Below are positions 43,196 through 52,584 of a stretch of 64,000 nucleotides of DNA, one piece after another. Origin of the DNA: a virus (taxonomy: Duplodnaviria > Caudoviricetes); the IMG/VR virus record IMGVR_UViG_3300049563_000052, positions 1 to 64,000 of that record; one strand, given 5' to 3'. The notes beneath the pieces are model-generated. The model searched no databases. It was not told where the DNA came from and worked only from the letters and a program-made list of their open reading frames with translations. Made by a program: the position numbers and the translations under genes. Each line of letters starts with the position of its first letter. Positions within the stretch are counted from its first letter, which is position 1.

Positions 43196-44783
43196 CCGGC
43201 TGGTCACGGCGGGCCCGGAGGTGGTCGAGCTGGCCGCCACCACCGGGCTGTACCTGGATCCGTGGCAGGAGTATTGCCTGGACTGCGCGCTGTGGGAGCA
43301 GCCGTCCCCGGAGGACCCGTCCGAAGACGCCTGGGAGTGGTCGGCGTTCGAGGTCGTGATCTTGGTGCCGCGGCAGAACGGCAAGGGCTCCATCTTGGAG
43401 GCGCGGGAGCTGGCCGGGCTGTTCCTGTTCGAAGAGGACCTGATCCTGCACTCCGCGCACGAGTTCAAAACCTCGACGGAGGCGTACCGGCGGATCAAGG
43501 GCCGGATCGAGAACACGCCGTGGATGCTGCGCCGGGTCGCCGCGAACGGGTTCCAGTCCGCGCACGGCAACGAGGGCATCGAGCTGAAACCCACGAAGGT
43601 CATCATCTCGGGGTCGTCGGGGCGGCACATCTCCGGCGGCCGGGTGTGCCGGCTGCGGTTCGTCGCGCGCACCACTGGCTCCGGGCGTGGTTTTACGGCG
43701 GATTTGGTGATCTGGGATGAGGCGTTCAACCTGCCGGAGACCGTCGTCGGGGCGCAGCTGCCGACGCTGTCCGCGGTCCCGAACCCGCAGCTGTGGTACA
43801 CGAGCTCGGCCGTGGACAAGGACGTCCACCAGTGGGGGGTGACGTTGGCGCGGGTGCGGGCCCGCGCGCTGGCCGCGATCGCCGGGGAGCCGCCGCCGCC
43901 CGGCGCGGAAGCCGACGACGACATGGCCGGGCTGGTGTGGCTGGAGTGGCAGGCCGACGAAGACGCCTTCCGGGCCGCGATGGACACCGGTGTGGCCGCG
44001 ACCCGCAACATGGCCCGCACCCGCAGCGAGTGGGCGGCGTCGAACCCGGGGCTCGGGTTCCGGCTGCGGGAGCGGCGCATCGCCCGCGAGGTCCGCGCCA
44101 TGGGCCTCAAGACGTTCATCGTGGAGCGGCTGAACATCGGGGACTGGCCGGAGCTGGACGAAGACGCCCGCCGCATCGAGACCGACCGGTGGGCGCTGAT
44201 CGCCGACCCGGGATCCCGGCCCGGCTCCCCGATCGCGTTGGCGTTCGAGGTGAGCCTGGACGGGCGCACGGCGGCGGTCGCGTCCGCGGGGCGGCGTGAG
44301 GATGACGACCGGTTCCATATCAAGGTCACCGACCACCGCCCCGGCGGCGGCACGGCGTGGGTGGTGCCGCGGATCATGGATTTGGTCGCCCGATACAACG
44401 TCTGCTGCGTGATCTACAACCCGGCCGGTCAGGGCGGGGCGCTGGCGGTGGACCTCGAGAATGCCGGGCTGCACCGGTGGCATCCGCACCACCCCGGCAA
44501 GGGCGGCATGCGGGGGCTGTCCGGGCGTGAGCTGGCCATGGCGTGCGGGGAGCTGGTCGGCGACACGACCGCCGAATCCGACCGCCTCCGCCACTGTGGG
44601 CAGCAACCGCTAGATGATGCGGTCAAGGAGGCCGGTACCCGACCTCTGGCGGACGCGTGGGCTTGGGACCAGCGCAAGTCCACCGCCGACATCACCCCAC
44701 TGGTTTCGGTGACCTGCGCGTTGCACGGGTTTCGGGTGCACGGCGCGGAAGAGGGAGCGACCCCGTGGGGGGAGTGGGTGTGA
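43095..44783 (+). CDS. terL: Terminase large subunit
   Basis: LDPWQ; VPRQNGKG; SGRG..DLVIWDEA; ASNPGLG; DITPLV. Confidence 0.93.
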   Translation: MTSQTAAPPNAPRPAPTLYGRQEPARLLLPPETDRLVTAGPEVVELAATTGLYLDPWQEYCLDCALWEQPSPEDPSEDAWEWSAFEVVILVPRQNGKGSILEARELAGLFLFEEDLILHSAHEFKTSTEAYRRIKGRIENTPWMLRRVAANGFQSAHGNEGIELKPTKVIISGSSGRHISGGRVCRLRFVARTTGSGRGFTADLVIWDEAFNLPETVVGAQLPTLSAVPNPQLWYTSSAVDKDVHQWGVTLARVRARALAAIAGEPPPPGAEADDDMAGLVWLEWQADEDAFRAAMDTGVAATRNMARTRSEWAASNPGLGFRLRERRIAREVRAMGLKTFIVERLNIGDWPELDEDARRIETDRWALIADPGSRPGSPIALAFEVSLDGRTAAVASAGRREDDDRFHIKVTDHRPGGGTAWVVPRIMDLVARYNVCCVIYNPAGQGGALAVDLENAGLHRWHPHHPGKGGMRGLSGRELAMACGELVGDTTAESDRLRHCGQQPLDDAVKEAGTRPLADAWAWDQRKSTADITPLVSVTCALHGFRVHGAEEGATPWGEWV

Positions 44784-45022
44784 AACGTCCGAGCCTGTCG
44801 AGCTACGCGATCGCGTTGCTGTTGATCGGGGTTGCTTTGACCAGCGTCGGCGTGGGCTTCCAGTTTGGAGCGCCGTGGGGCCTCATGCTGTCCGGAGTGG
44901 CCTTGACCGTGGGGGGTGTGGTGATCGTGCGCGATCTGCTGCGGGCACCCCGAGAGGTCCGGCCGCGCCGCCCCCCGCACGCGGTGTCCCAGGTGCGGCC
45001 CACCCAGCAGCAAGCGGGGTAA
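44780..45022 (+). CDS. Small 2-TM protein
   Basis: GTGA coupling; hydrophobic. Confidence 0.6.
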   Translation: MKRPSLSSYAIALLLIGVALTSVGVGFQFGAPWGLMLSGVALTVGGVVIVRDLLRAPREVRPRRPPHAVSQVRPTQQQAG

Positions 45023-45025
45023 GCG

Positions 45026-46558
45026 GTGCCGGGCGTGATCGAGCAATGGCGCGACACCCGCGCCGCCGTGGCGACCACTGACCGCTCCATCACCACCATC
45101 GACGACTACGCCTACGCACTGTCCGGGCTGTACGCCGACACCGCTGTGACGTGGGGGTTCGGGCCGGGCAACCAGGACTGGCGGTACGAGCCGGTGGAGC
45201 GGGTGGCGTCCAGCTTCGAGGGCTACGCCAGCCAGCTCATGGAGGAAAACGGCGCCGTCGCCGCCATCATCGGGGTCCGGGTGCTGGCGTTCAGCCTGAT
45301 CCGGTTCGCGTTCCAACGCATGCGCGGCGGGCGCCCGTCGGGGCTGTTCAGCCTGCCGGGGCTGGCGCTGCTGGAGCGGCCGTACCCGGGCGGCACCACC
45401 CAAGACCTGCTCGCCCGGATGCTCCAGGATGTCGACCTGGCCGGGAACGCCTACGTCACCACGACCACCGGCATCGGCGGGCCGGAGTCGGTGCGGCTGC
45501 GCCCGGACTGGGTGCAGATCATCCTCATGCCGATCATCAAACCGTCCGGGGAGTTCCTCGGGTATCGGCGGGTGGGCTACACCTACCACGAGGGCGGCAT
45601 CGAGCAGTGCCGCCCCGAAGAGGTCGCCCTGTTCGACGTCAAAGAGGTGGCGCATTTCGCCCCGGACCCGGACCCGTCCGGGCGCTACCGCGGGCAGTCG
45701 TGGCTGACGTCGGTCATCCGGGAGGTCGTCAACGACAAGGCGATGGAGCGGCACAAGACCCGGTACTTCGAGAACGCGGCCACCCCGGCGCTGTCGGTGA
45801 GCTTGGCGGAGTCGGTCACCCCGACGCAGTTCGCCGAGTTCAAAGAGAAGATGAACATCGAGCACCGCGGCCCGGAAAACGCGGGCAAGACCCTGTTCCT
45901 GGGCGGCGGCGCCGACGTGAAGGTGATCGGCGCGCAGCTGGAGCAGATCGGGTTCGAGCATCTGCAAGGCCGCGGGGAGACCCGGCTGGCCGCCCGCGCC
46001 GGGGTGCCCCCGGTCATCGTCGGGCTGTCGGAGGGCATATCTCAAGCCACGTACTCCAACTACAGCCAGGCCATGCGCCGGTTCGGGCAGCTGACCCTGG
46101 AGGCGCTGTGGGGTAACGCGGCCGGGTCGCTGGAGACGCTGGTCCCGCCGCCCGGCGGCGATGCCCGGTTGTGGTTCGACACGCGGGATGTGGCGTTCCT
46201 CAAAGAGGACGCCCGCAGCCGCGCCGAGGTACACCAGATCAAAGCCTCCACGATCAACACCTACATCACGGCCGGGTTCACCCCGGAGAGCGCGGTGGAG
46301 GCCGTCGACGCCGAAGACGTGTCCCGGCTGGTCCCGACCGGCCTGGTGAGTGTGCAGCTGCAACCCCCCGGCGGCGCCCCGCCCACCGCCGCCACGCCCG
46401 CCACCACGCCCGCCCCGGCGGCGGCGGGCACCAAGTCCGCCCGTGACGCCGATGACGAGCTCCCGGAGACGGGGGAGCTGGATGCGGTGGATCGAGAGCT
46501 GCATCTGTCCGGGGCGCACCCGCATCCGCGGCTGGCGCACACCAACGGGAAAGGTTGA
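45026..46558 (+). CDS. Portal protein (HK97 family)
   Basis: DLAGNAY; LRPDWV; YFENAATP; GVPPVIVG; TYSN. Confidence 0.92.
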   Translation: MPGVIEQWRDTRAAVATTDRSITTIDDYAYALSGLYADTAVTWGFGPGNQDWRYEPVERVASSFEGYASQLMEENGAVAAIIGVRVLAFSLIRFAFQRMRGGRPSGLFSLPGLALLERPYPGGTTQDLLARMLQDVDLAGNAYVTTTTGIGGPESVRLRPDWVQIILMPIIKPSGEFLGYRRVGYTYHEGGIEQCRPEEVALFDVKEVAHFAPDPDPSGRYRGQSWLTSVIREVVNDKAMERHKTRYFENAATPALSVSLAESVTPTQFAEFKEKMNIEHRGPENAGKTLFLGGGADVKVIGAQLEQIGFEHLQGRGETRLAARAGVPPVIVGLSEGISQATYSNYSQAMRRFGQLTLEALWGNAAGSLETLVPPPGGDARLWFDTRDVAFLKEDARSRAEVHQIKASTINTYITAGFTPESAVEAVDAEDVSRLVPTGLVSVQLQPPGGAPPTAATPATTPAPAAAGTKSARDADDELPETGELDAVDRELHLSGAHPHPRLAHTNGKG

Positions 46559-46560
46559 CC

Positions 46561-47823
46561 ATGCGCACGCCCACCGCCGATGACCGGCTGACCCTGTCCG
46601 ATTTCGTGGACCGCCTCCGGAAGACCGGGCGCGACCCGGAGCGGCTCATGAACGACTGCCCGGACTTCGCGCTGCGCGCCCTTCTGCGGGGCCAACCGGT
46701 CCGCGACAACCTGTCGCGCACCGTCGACGAGGAGCTGCGGCACGAAGACACCGCGGACGGTCTGAGCATCGACGGGCACTGGACCGTCTTCAACTCCCTC
46801 ACCGAAATCAACAGCTGGGAGGGGACCTACCTGGAGCAGGTGTTGCCGGGGGCGACGAAGAAGACGCTGCGCGACGCCATGCCCAAGATGCAGTTCGACC
46901 ACGGCCACCACCCGCTGTTGGGCAGCCTGCCGCTGGGCCGCTGGGACGAGGCCAAGGAAACCGAGCGCGGCTCGTGGTCGGCCGGGCGGATGATCGACAA
47001 CTGGTTGACGGCGCCGTTCGCGGACGCGATCCGCGCTCAGACGGTCAGGGGCATGAGCTTCAGATTCAAGGTGCTCAAGGAGAAGTGGTACACCGCCCGC
47101 GGCGACCTGATCAAAGACGACCGGGAGCTGTTCGACAAGCTGTTCTGGGGTGAGGGCGACGAAGACGAGTACCCGCTGCGCCGCGACCTGATCGAGGTGT
47201 CCGTGTCGGAGGCCGGGCCGGTGGTGTGGCCCGCCTACACCGACACCGACGTGTCCGCCCGCAGCTCCGACGGCTCCCGCATCGTGATCGACCTGGCCGC
47301 GCTGGACAAGCGGGCCGCGGCCGGGCGGGTGGTGGCGCTGCTGGACGCGGAGATGGCGCGCGCCGCCAGCTGCGGCCCGACCCCGCCCGCGGAGGACCCG
47401 CGCAGCCGGTGGCAGCCGTTGGGACGCGCCGAGCTGGCCCGCATGGCCGAAAACGCGGCCCGGCTGGTGCACAATGCCGACGTGGCCGCCACTGCGGTCC
47501 ACACGCACGAGCCGCAAACCACCGGAGAACCGGCCGCCGACCACGCGCCGTCCGCCCCCCACGAACGTGACGCCGCGCCGGAGAGCACCGCGCAGCCCCC
47601 GGCCGGGGAGCACTCGCGGCCAGGGACGAGCACGCCGGAACCGACTCGCAGCGGTCAGCGACCGCTGAACCCCACCGCGCGCAAGATCGATCTGCGTAGC
47701 CGTTACCGCGACGTGCTCAGCGCTGCCCTGGCCCTGCCCCCAATCGATGAGGCATCCAGGGAGAACGCCGATGAGCGGCGAGGACCAGGGCACCGGCACC
47801 CTCGATCAGCCGGACGAGCGTGA
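46561..47823 (+). CDS. Prohead protease (HK97 family) with long C-terminal extension
   Basis: QFDHG; GMSFRF; EAGPVVWPAY. Confidence 0.88.
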   Translation: MRTPTADDRLTLSDFVDRLRKTGRDPERLMNDCPDFALRALLRGQPVRDNLSRTVDEELRHEDTADGLSIDGHWTVFNSLTEINSWEGTYLEQVLPGATKKTLRDAMPKMQFDHGHHPLLGSLPLGRWDEAKETERGSWSAGRMIDNWLTAPFADAIRAQTVRGMSFRFKVLKEKWYTARGDLIKDDRELFDKLFWGEGDEDEYPLRRDLIEVSVSEAGPVVWPAYTDTDVSARSSDGSRIVIDLAALDKRAAAGRVVALLDAEMARAASCGPTPPAEDPRSRWQPLGRAELARMAENAARLVHNADVAATAVHTHEPQTTGEPAADHAPSAPHERDAAPESTAQPPAGEHSRPGTSTPEPTRSGQRPLNPTARKIDLRSRYRDVLSAALALPPIDEASRENADERRGPGHRHPRSAGRA

Positions 47824-49378
47824 CGCAGCAGGCCAGCGACGCGGGCCGACTCTCACCCATAGCCAGGCGATCAACCGGCTGCATGATCTGCGCACCCAGA
47901 TGGGCGCGATCGCAGAGCTGGACAACCCGTCCGCAGAGGACGACAAGTACTTCTCCGAGCTGGAGATCGAGTTCCAGGACGTCGACGCGCACCGGCGGCG
48001 GCTGGAGCGGGACGCGGCGCTCGCTGCGGTGCGGCAGACCACCGACGGGCTGTCCGCCGTCGGGTATCTGCGCTCCGAGCGGGGTGCGTTCGACAACCAG
48101 CGCAACGGCCGCGGACACGACGGCTCCCACGGCTACGACCGGGACGCCATCATGGAGCCCGACTCCATCACCGACGCCCGGTTCCGCAACCCGTGGGCGT
48201 TCGACGAGGTGCGCACGTTCGGTCGGGACCCGGATGCGGTCGCCCGCGAGTGGCACTCCCGCGCGCTGAGCGCGTGCGAGCGGATGCCCGCGGCCACCGA
48301 CGCCATCCGCAAGGCATCCACGGACATCATCGAGCGCTGGGACGACGAAGACGGCAACCTGGCCCGGTTCATGCTGGCCGGGAGCCAGCCCGCCTACCTC
48401 CGCGCCTGGTGCAAGATTTTCAAGGCCGGTGACCGGGTCGCGAACCTGTCCGTGGAGGAACGGCAGGCCGTCGCCACCGTTCAGCACATTTCCCGGCAAA
48501 CCCGCGCAATGTCATTGACAGATAGCGCAGGCGGCTATTTAGTGCCTTTCCAGCTCGATCCAACAATTGTATTGACCGCGAATGGATCGGTGAACGAAAT
48601 TCGTCAGGCGGCCCGCACAGTGGTCGCTATCGGCGATACTTGGAATGGTATTTCGTCCGGCGCGGTGGCGTGGTCCTACGACGCGGAAGCCGCGCAGGTC
48701 TCCGACGACTCCACGACGTTCGCGCAGCCCACGATCCCCATCTACAAGGCGCAGGGGTTCGTCCCGATCTCCATCGAGGCCATCCAGGACGCGGCCAACG
48801 TGACCGCCGAGGTGGCGATGCTGATGGCCGCCGGTAAGGACATCCTGGAGGCGCAGGCGTTCGCGGTCGGCTCCGGTGTGGCCATGCCGACCGGGATCGT
48901 GCCCTCGCTGACCGGCGGCGCCTCCGAGGTCACCACGGCCTCCGACACCGCCCTGGCCATCGGCGACATCTACAAGCTGCACGGCAGCCTGCCCGCCCGG
49001 TACCGGCGCAACGCGTCCTGGCTGGCCAACAACCTGATCTACAACATGATCCGCGCGTTCGGGACGACGTACGAGCTGTGGGGTGCGCTGGCCGGGGACC
49101 GCCCGACGACGCTGCTCAACCGGCCCGCCTACGAGTCCGAGGACATGGACGGCACCATCGCCGCGGGCACCGACTACGTCATGGTTTTCGGTGATTTCAA
49201 CAATTATGTGATTGCCGATCGCATCGGCATGACGATGGAATTTGTGCCGCATTTGTTCCAGCAGACCACCGCCGGTACCGGATTCGGTCGTCCGACCGGG
49301 CAGCGCGGCTGGCTGGCCTACGTCCGCCACGGCGCCGACTCGGTCAACGACGCCGCATTCCGGATGCTCAAGGCGTAA
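47771..49378 (+). CDS. Major capsid protein (HK97 fold with delta domain)
   Basis: GGYLVP; VPISIE; LLNRP; VFGDF..YVIADRIG. Confidence 0.93.
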   Translation: MSGEDQGTGTLDQPDERDAAGQRRGPTLTHSQAINRLHDLRTQMGAIAELDNPSAEDDKYFSELEIEFQDVDAHRRRLERDAALAAVRQTTDGLSAVGYLRSERGAFDNQRNGRGHDGSHGYDRDAIMEPDSITDARFRNPWAFDEVRTFGRDPDAVAREWHSRALSACERMPAATDAIRKASTDIIERWDDEDGNLARFMLAGSQPAYLRAWCKIFKAGDRVANLSVEERQAVATVQHISRQTRAMSLTDSAGGYLVPFQLDPTIVLTANGSVNEIRQAARTVVAIGDTWNGISSGAVAWSYDAEAAQVSDDSTTFAQPTIPIYKAQGFVPISIEAIQDAANVTAEVAMLMAAGKDILEAQAFAVGSGVAMPTGIVPSLTGGASEVTTASDTALAIGDIYKLHGSLPARYRRNASWLANNLIYNMIRAFGTTYELWGALAGDRPTTLLNRPAYESEDMDGTIAAGTDYVMVFGDFNNYVIADRIGMTMEFVPHLFQQTTAGTGFGRPTGQRGWLAYVRHGADSVNDAAFRMLKA

Positions 49379-49421
49379 GCGCCGGACCACCGGACCACGG
49401 GACCGAAGGGATAGCAGAGTC

Positions 49422-49865
49422 ATGGCAGACGACAAGGACCAGAGCCAGCAGGGACCGCAGAGCACCGGCGGCACCGCGGCGAGCCGCCGCGCCGAACGCA
49501 GCACGGCGGAAAGCCAGCAGGGCGCGAGCACCGGCCAGGTGGCGACCCGGGACAGCGGGAGCGGGAGCGGGCTGTCGGGCGCGGAGCTCGACAAGAAGCG
49601 CCGCTTCGCCGGGGTCACCGAGGCCGCCGCCGACGAGCTGGAAGCGCTCGAAGTCGACCCGCGGCTGGACAACCGGACCGGGGATCAGCGGCCACCCGCC
49701 CCCGGCCTGCTCAAGCCGCAGCAGTTCGACGGGCCCGAGGTGGGGCACTTCGCCGAGCACGCCGAGCAGGTCGGCGGCGAGTTCGCGGAGGTCACCGGGT
49801 CCGGCGGTGAGGTGCGCGGCATGCGTTCCCCCGGCCGACTCGGCCGCGGCGACCCCGACGAGTGA
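49422..49865 (+). CDS. Hypothetical protein
   Basis: After the capsid gene; RBS-like AAGGGA. Confidence 0.55.
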   Translation: MADDKDQSQQGPQSTGGTAASRRAERSTAESQQGASTGQVATRDSGSGSGLSGAELDKKRRFAGVTEAAADELEALEVDPRLDNRTGDQRPPAPGLLKPQQFDGPEVGHFAEHAEQVGGEFAEVTGSGGEVRGMRSPGRLGRGDPDE

Positions 49866-49877
49866 TACGGACGTCGA

Positions 49878-50204
49878 ATGGCTGACCTCATGCAGGCCAA
49901 GGACGCGTTCTCGTGTTCCTTGGACAAGAACGGGCGGGTGCCGTTCTCGGTGGGGGCCGGGGACCTGTTCGCCGCCGATGACGAGGTCGTGCGCCGGTAC
50001 CCGAACAACTTCCGGCCGGTGCGGTACCGGGACTCCGCCGAGGTGCGCCGCCCGTTGGCGGCGCATCCCGGCGCCGGGGACGAGACCGCGACCGCCGGGC
50101 CGGGGGAGCGGCGGTCGCTGTCTCGGCCGCCGCGTCGAGCGGAGAAGGCGAAGCCGGACCCGGCGCCCGCCCCGGCCGCGTCGACTGCTCCGAGCGAGGT
50201 GTAA
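49878..50204 (+). CDS. Hypothetical head-region protein
   Basis: E.ATA.PGERR motif. Confidence 0.6.
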   Translation: MADLMQAKDAFSCSLDKNGRVPFSVGAGDLFAADDEVVRRYPNNFRPVRYRDSAEVRRPLAAHPGAGDETATAGPGERRSLSRPPRRAEKAKPDPAPAPAASTAPSEV

Positions 50205-50206
50205 CC

Positions 50207-50605
50207 GTGCGGGACTCCATGTACGACGACACCGCCGCGCGGCAGACGTTGGCTCCGGCGGTGCGCACCAACGGCACCGTGACCGGCAACGCGATCGACG
50301 CCCGCGGCTATCAGGTGGCGATGGTGATAGTCAGCGCGGGCGCGATCACCGACGGAACGCAGACCATCGCGGTGCAGGACTCCGACGACGGCTCCACCAA
50401 CTGGCAGCCGTACGCCGGGCAGACCCAGGGGTCGGTGCCGACGTTGGCGACCGCGCAGCAGAACGCGGTCTACCGGCTGGCGCTCGACACCATCCCGCGG
50501 CGCTACCTGCGGGTCAACATCACCGTGGCGGGCGCCACCACCGGTGGTGCGGTCGGGGCGACGATCCTGCTGCACCGCCCGCTCGGGGACATGCAGGTGA
50601 CCTAG
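50207..50605 (+). CDS. Capsid decoration/cement protein (Bbp16-like)
   Basis: GNAID; VQDSDDG..W; RRYLRV. Confidence 0.65.
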   Translation: MRDSMYDDTAARQTLAPAVRTNGTVTGNAIDARGYQVAMVIVSAGAITDGTQTIAVQDSDDGSTNWQPYAGQTQGSVPTLATAQQNAVYRLALDTIPRRYLRVNITVAGATTGGAVGATILLHRPLGDMQVT

Positions 50606-51340
50606 ATGGCCGGGCGGCACCGGGTTGTGCACGGGCGGCACCGCAAGCCGGTGCCGCCCCGGACGGCGGGCGCGACCGTAGCGCGTACCGCGCTGGCCGG
50701 GACGGCGCTGGTGGCCCCGTTCGGGGTGCAGCTGTTGGGCGCACCGGTCGCGGAGGCTGCCGCGGTGCGGCCTGCGAGCGGGTGGGGCGCGATCGTGCAC
50801 TGCGAGTCCGGCGGCAACCCCCGCGCGTCCAACGGGACGCACTTCGGGCTGTTCCAGTTCGACCTGCCCACGTGGCGGTCGGTGAACGGGCCGGGGCATC
50901 CGCTGAACGCCAGCCCCGCACAGCAGATCGCGGCGGCGGAGCGGCTGTTCGCGCGGCGGGGCACGCAGCCGTGGGCGGCGTCGCAGTCGTGTTGGTCCGG
51001 GGTGACGCGGGCGCTGACCATCCGCTCCGGCCCGGCCCGGGTGGTCGCGGGCGCCACCAAGCCACGCGCGGTGCCCAAGCCGCGGGTGGTGGTCAAGCCG
51101 AAGCCGAAGGTGCACGTCGCGCCGAAGCTCACCCCCAAGCCGCACCCGGCGCCGCGGGTGACGTCACGCAGGCTCACCCCGGCCCCGCCGCCGAAGCTGC
51201 ACAGCCACCGGGTGATCCGCGGCGACACCCTGTCGGAGATCGCGGCCCGCAACCGGGTGCCGCAGCGCGCCCTGCACGGGTTCCGCTCCGGCAACCCGAA
51301 TCTGATCTTTCCTGGCGAGATTGTCACCTGGAGGAAGTGA
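50606..51340 (+). CDS. rpf: Secreted resuscitation-promoting factor with LysM
   Basis: GRHR-type signal; W..I..CESGGN; GLFQF..TW; QQIAAA; QPW; LysM VIRGDTLSEIA..NPNLIFPG. Confidence 0.88.
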   Translation: MAGRHRVVHGRHRKPVPPRTAGATVARTALAGTALVAPFGVQLLGAPVAEAAAVRPASGWGAIVHCESGGNPRASNGTHFGLFQFDLPTWRSVNGPGHPLNASPAQQIAAAERLFARRGTQPWAASQSCWSGVTRALTIRSGPARVVAGATKPRAVPKPRVVVKPKPKVHVAPKLTPKPHPAPRVTSRRLTPAPPPKLHSHRVIRGDTLSEIAARNRVPQRALHGFRSGNPNLIFPGEIVTWRK

Positions 51341-51609
51341 TGGCAGCCCAAGTCGGGGATCGCTACCGCAACACCAGCGGGACGCTGCTGTACGAGCTCA
51401 TGCCCGCAGACTGCGAGGCCGAGGTGCGGCAGGTGGACCCGGACGACGCCGACACCGCGCACGCCGGGACGCTCGTTCTCGAGTTCGACCCGGACCCGGA
51501 CGGGGACAACGCCACCGAGCACCGGGCGGCGATCGGGATCACCGAGGACGAACTAGCCCGGGACTGGGCACCGGTCGGCGGGCAGCGCGGGGGTGGGCGT
51601 CGTGGCTGA
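51340..51609 (+). CDS. Acidic hypothetical protein
   Basis: TGATG coupling, GGAGG RBS. Confidence 0.5.
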   Translation: MAAQVGDRYRNTSGTLLYELMPADCEAEVRQVDPDDADTAHAGTLVLEFDPDPDGDNATEHRAAIGITEDELARDWAPVGGQRGGGRRG

Positions 51610-52066
51610 GGTCATCCCGAACGAGGGCCTGGACATCGTCCTCAACATCGTCCCGCGGAACGGCGCGAACATCGCCACCACGTACCTGTTCCTGGCGACC
51701 GGGCTGACCGCGAGCACCGTGCCGGGGCAGACCGCGGTGCTGGCCACGTACGGGGCGGCGGCGTTCGGCGAGGCCGCGTTCACCTCCTACGCCCGGCAGT
51801 CGATCGCGTCGGCGTCGTGGGGGGCCCCGGCGGCAGGCTCCGGCAACGCGTCCGGCGGCAGGCAGTCGTCGGCGGCGCAGGTGAGTTTCCCGGCGGCGGG
51901 CGCCTCCTACGGCACCGCGATCACGTTCTTCGGGTTGGCGGACGCGTCCGGGCATGGCTCGGAGAAGGCGCTGTTCTACGCGAACTTCGACGACACGACC
52001 GCGATCTCTTCGATGGCGCTCGGCGACATCATCAAGGTCACCCCGACGTACGGGCTGCTGCCGTGA
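51602..52066 (+). CDS. Small beta-rich fibre subunit
   Basis: YARQ..W..V.FPAA..YG..IT.FGL.DA..GD.IKVT. Confidence 0.6.
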   Translation: MAEVIPNEGLDIVLNIVPRNGANIATTYLFLATGLTASTVPGQTAVLATYGAAAFGEAAFTSYARQSIASASWGAPAAGSGNASGGRQSSAAQVSFPAAGASYGTAITFFGLADASGHGSEKALFYANFDDTTAISSMALGDIIKVTPTYGLLP

Positions 52067-52380
52067 GCCGAGCCCAGGTCGGCGGGATCACGCTGCGCGG
52101 GGCGGGCATCCTCCCCGGGCGTCGGCGTCCGCAGTGGACCCGGCTGCGCTGCGGCGGCTGCCGGCACGCGTTCACCGGCAACGCGCACACCGTGCCGGTG
52201 TGGCAGGGCAGCCCGTGCTGCCGCAACTGTTGGCGGCGGGTCAACCTGACCCGGCGCTCCGCGAACCTGCCGGAGTGGGACACCCCCGAGGACGCCTGGC
52301 CGGGTGCTGACCCGGACATCGTGCGGGACGTCATCCCCACCCACAACGGCTGTCTGATCGTCCCGGGGGTGACGACATGA
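52063..52380 (+). CDS. CxxC..CxxC protein (paralogue of 13572-13835)
   Basis: CGGC..F..N..VP..PCCRNC...VN..R. Confidence 0.55.
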   Translation: MSRAQVGGITLRGAGILPGRRRPQWTRLRCGGCRHAFTGNAHTVPVWQGSPCCRNCWRRVNLTRRSANLPEWDTPEDAWPGADPDIVRDVIPTHNGCLIVPGVTT

Positions 52381-52556
52381 TCGCTCTGTCCGCGGTGCTG
52401 CTCATCTTGGCGTTGGTGTTCTTCCTGGTGGCCGCTGTGATCGGGTACGGGGTGGCACCGGACGGGCGCCCGGCCGGATGGCATCGCACCAACTTTGTGG
52501 CGCTCGGCCTGGCCTGCTGGGTCGCGACCGAGGTCATCGCCCTGTTCGTGCGCTAG
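52377..52556 (+). CDS. 59-aa 2-TM protein, holin candidate (not in ORF track)
   Basis: ATGA coupling; MIALSAVLLILALVFFLVAAV..NFVALGLACW. Confidence 0.55.
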   Translation: MIALSAVLLILALVFFLVAAVIGYGVAPDGRPAGWHRTNFVALGLACWVATEVIALFVR

Positions 52557-52584
52557 GCCGGTGGCTAGCTGTGGCGCGTGATTC

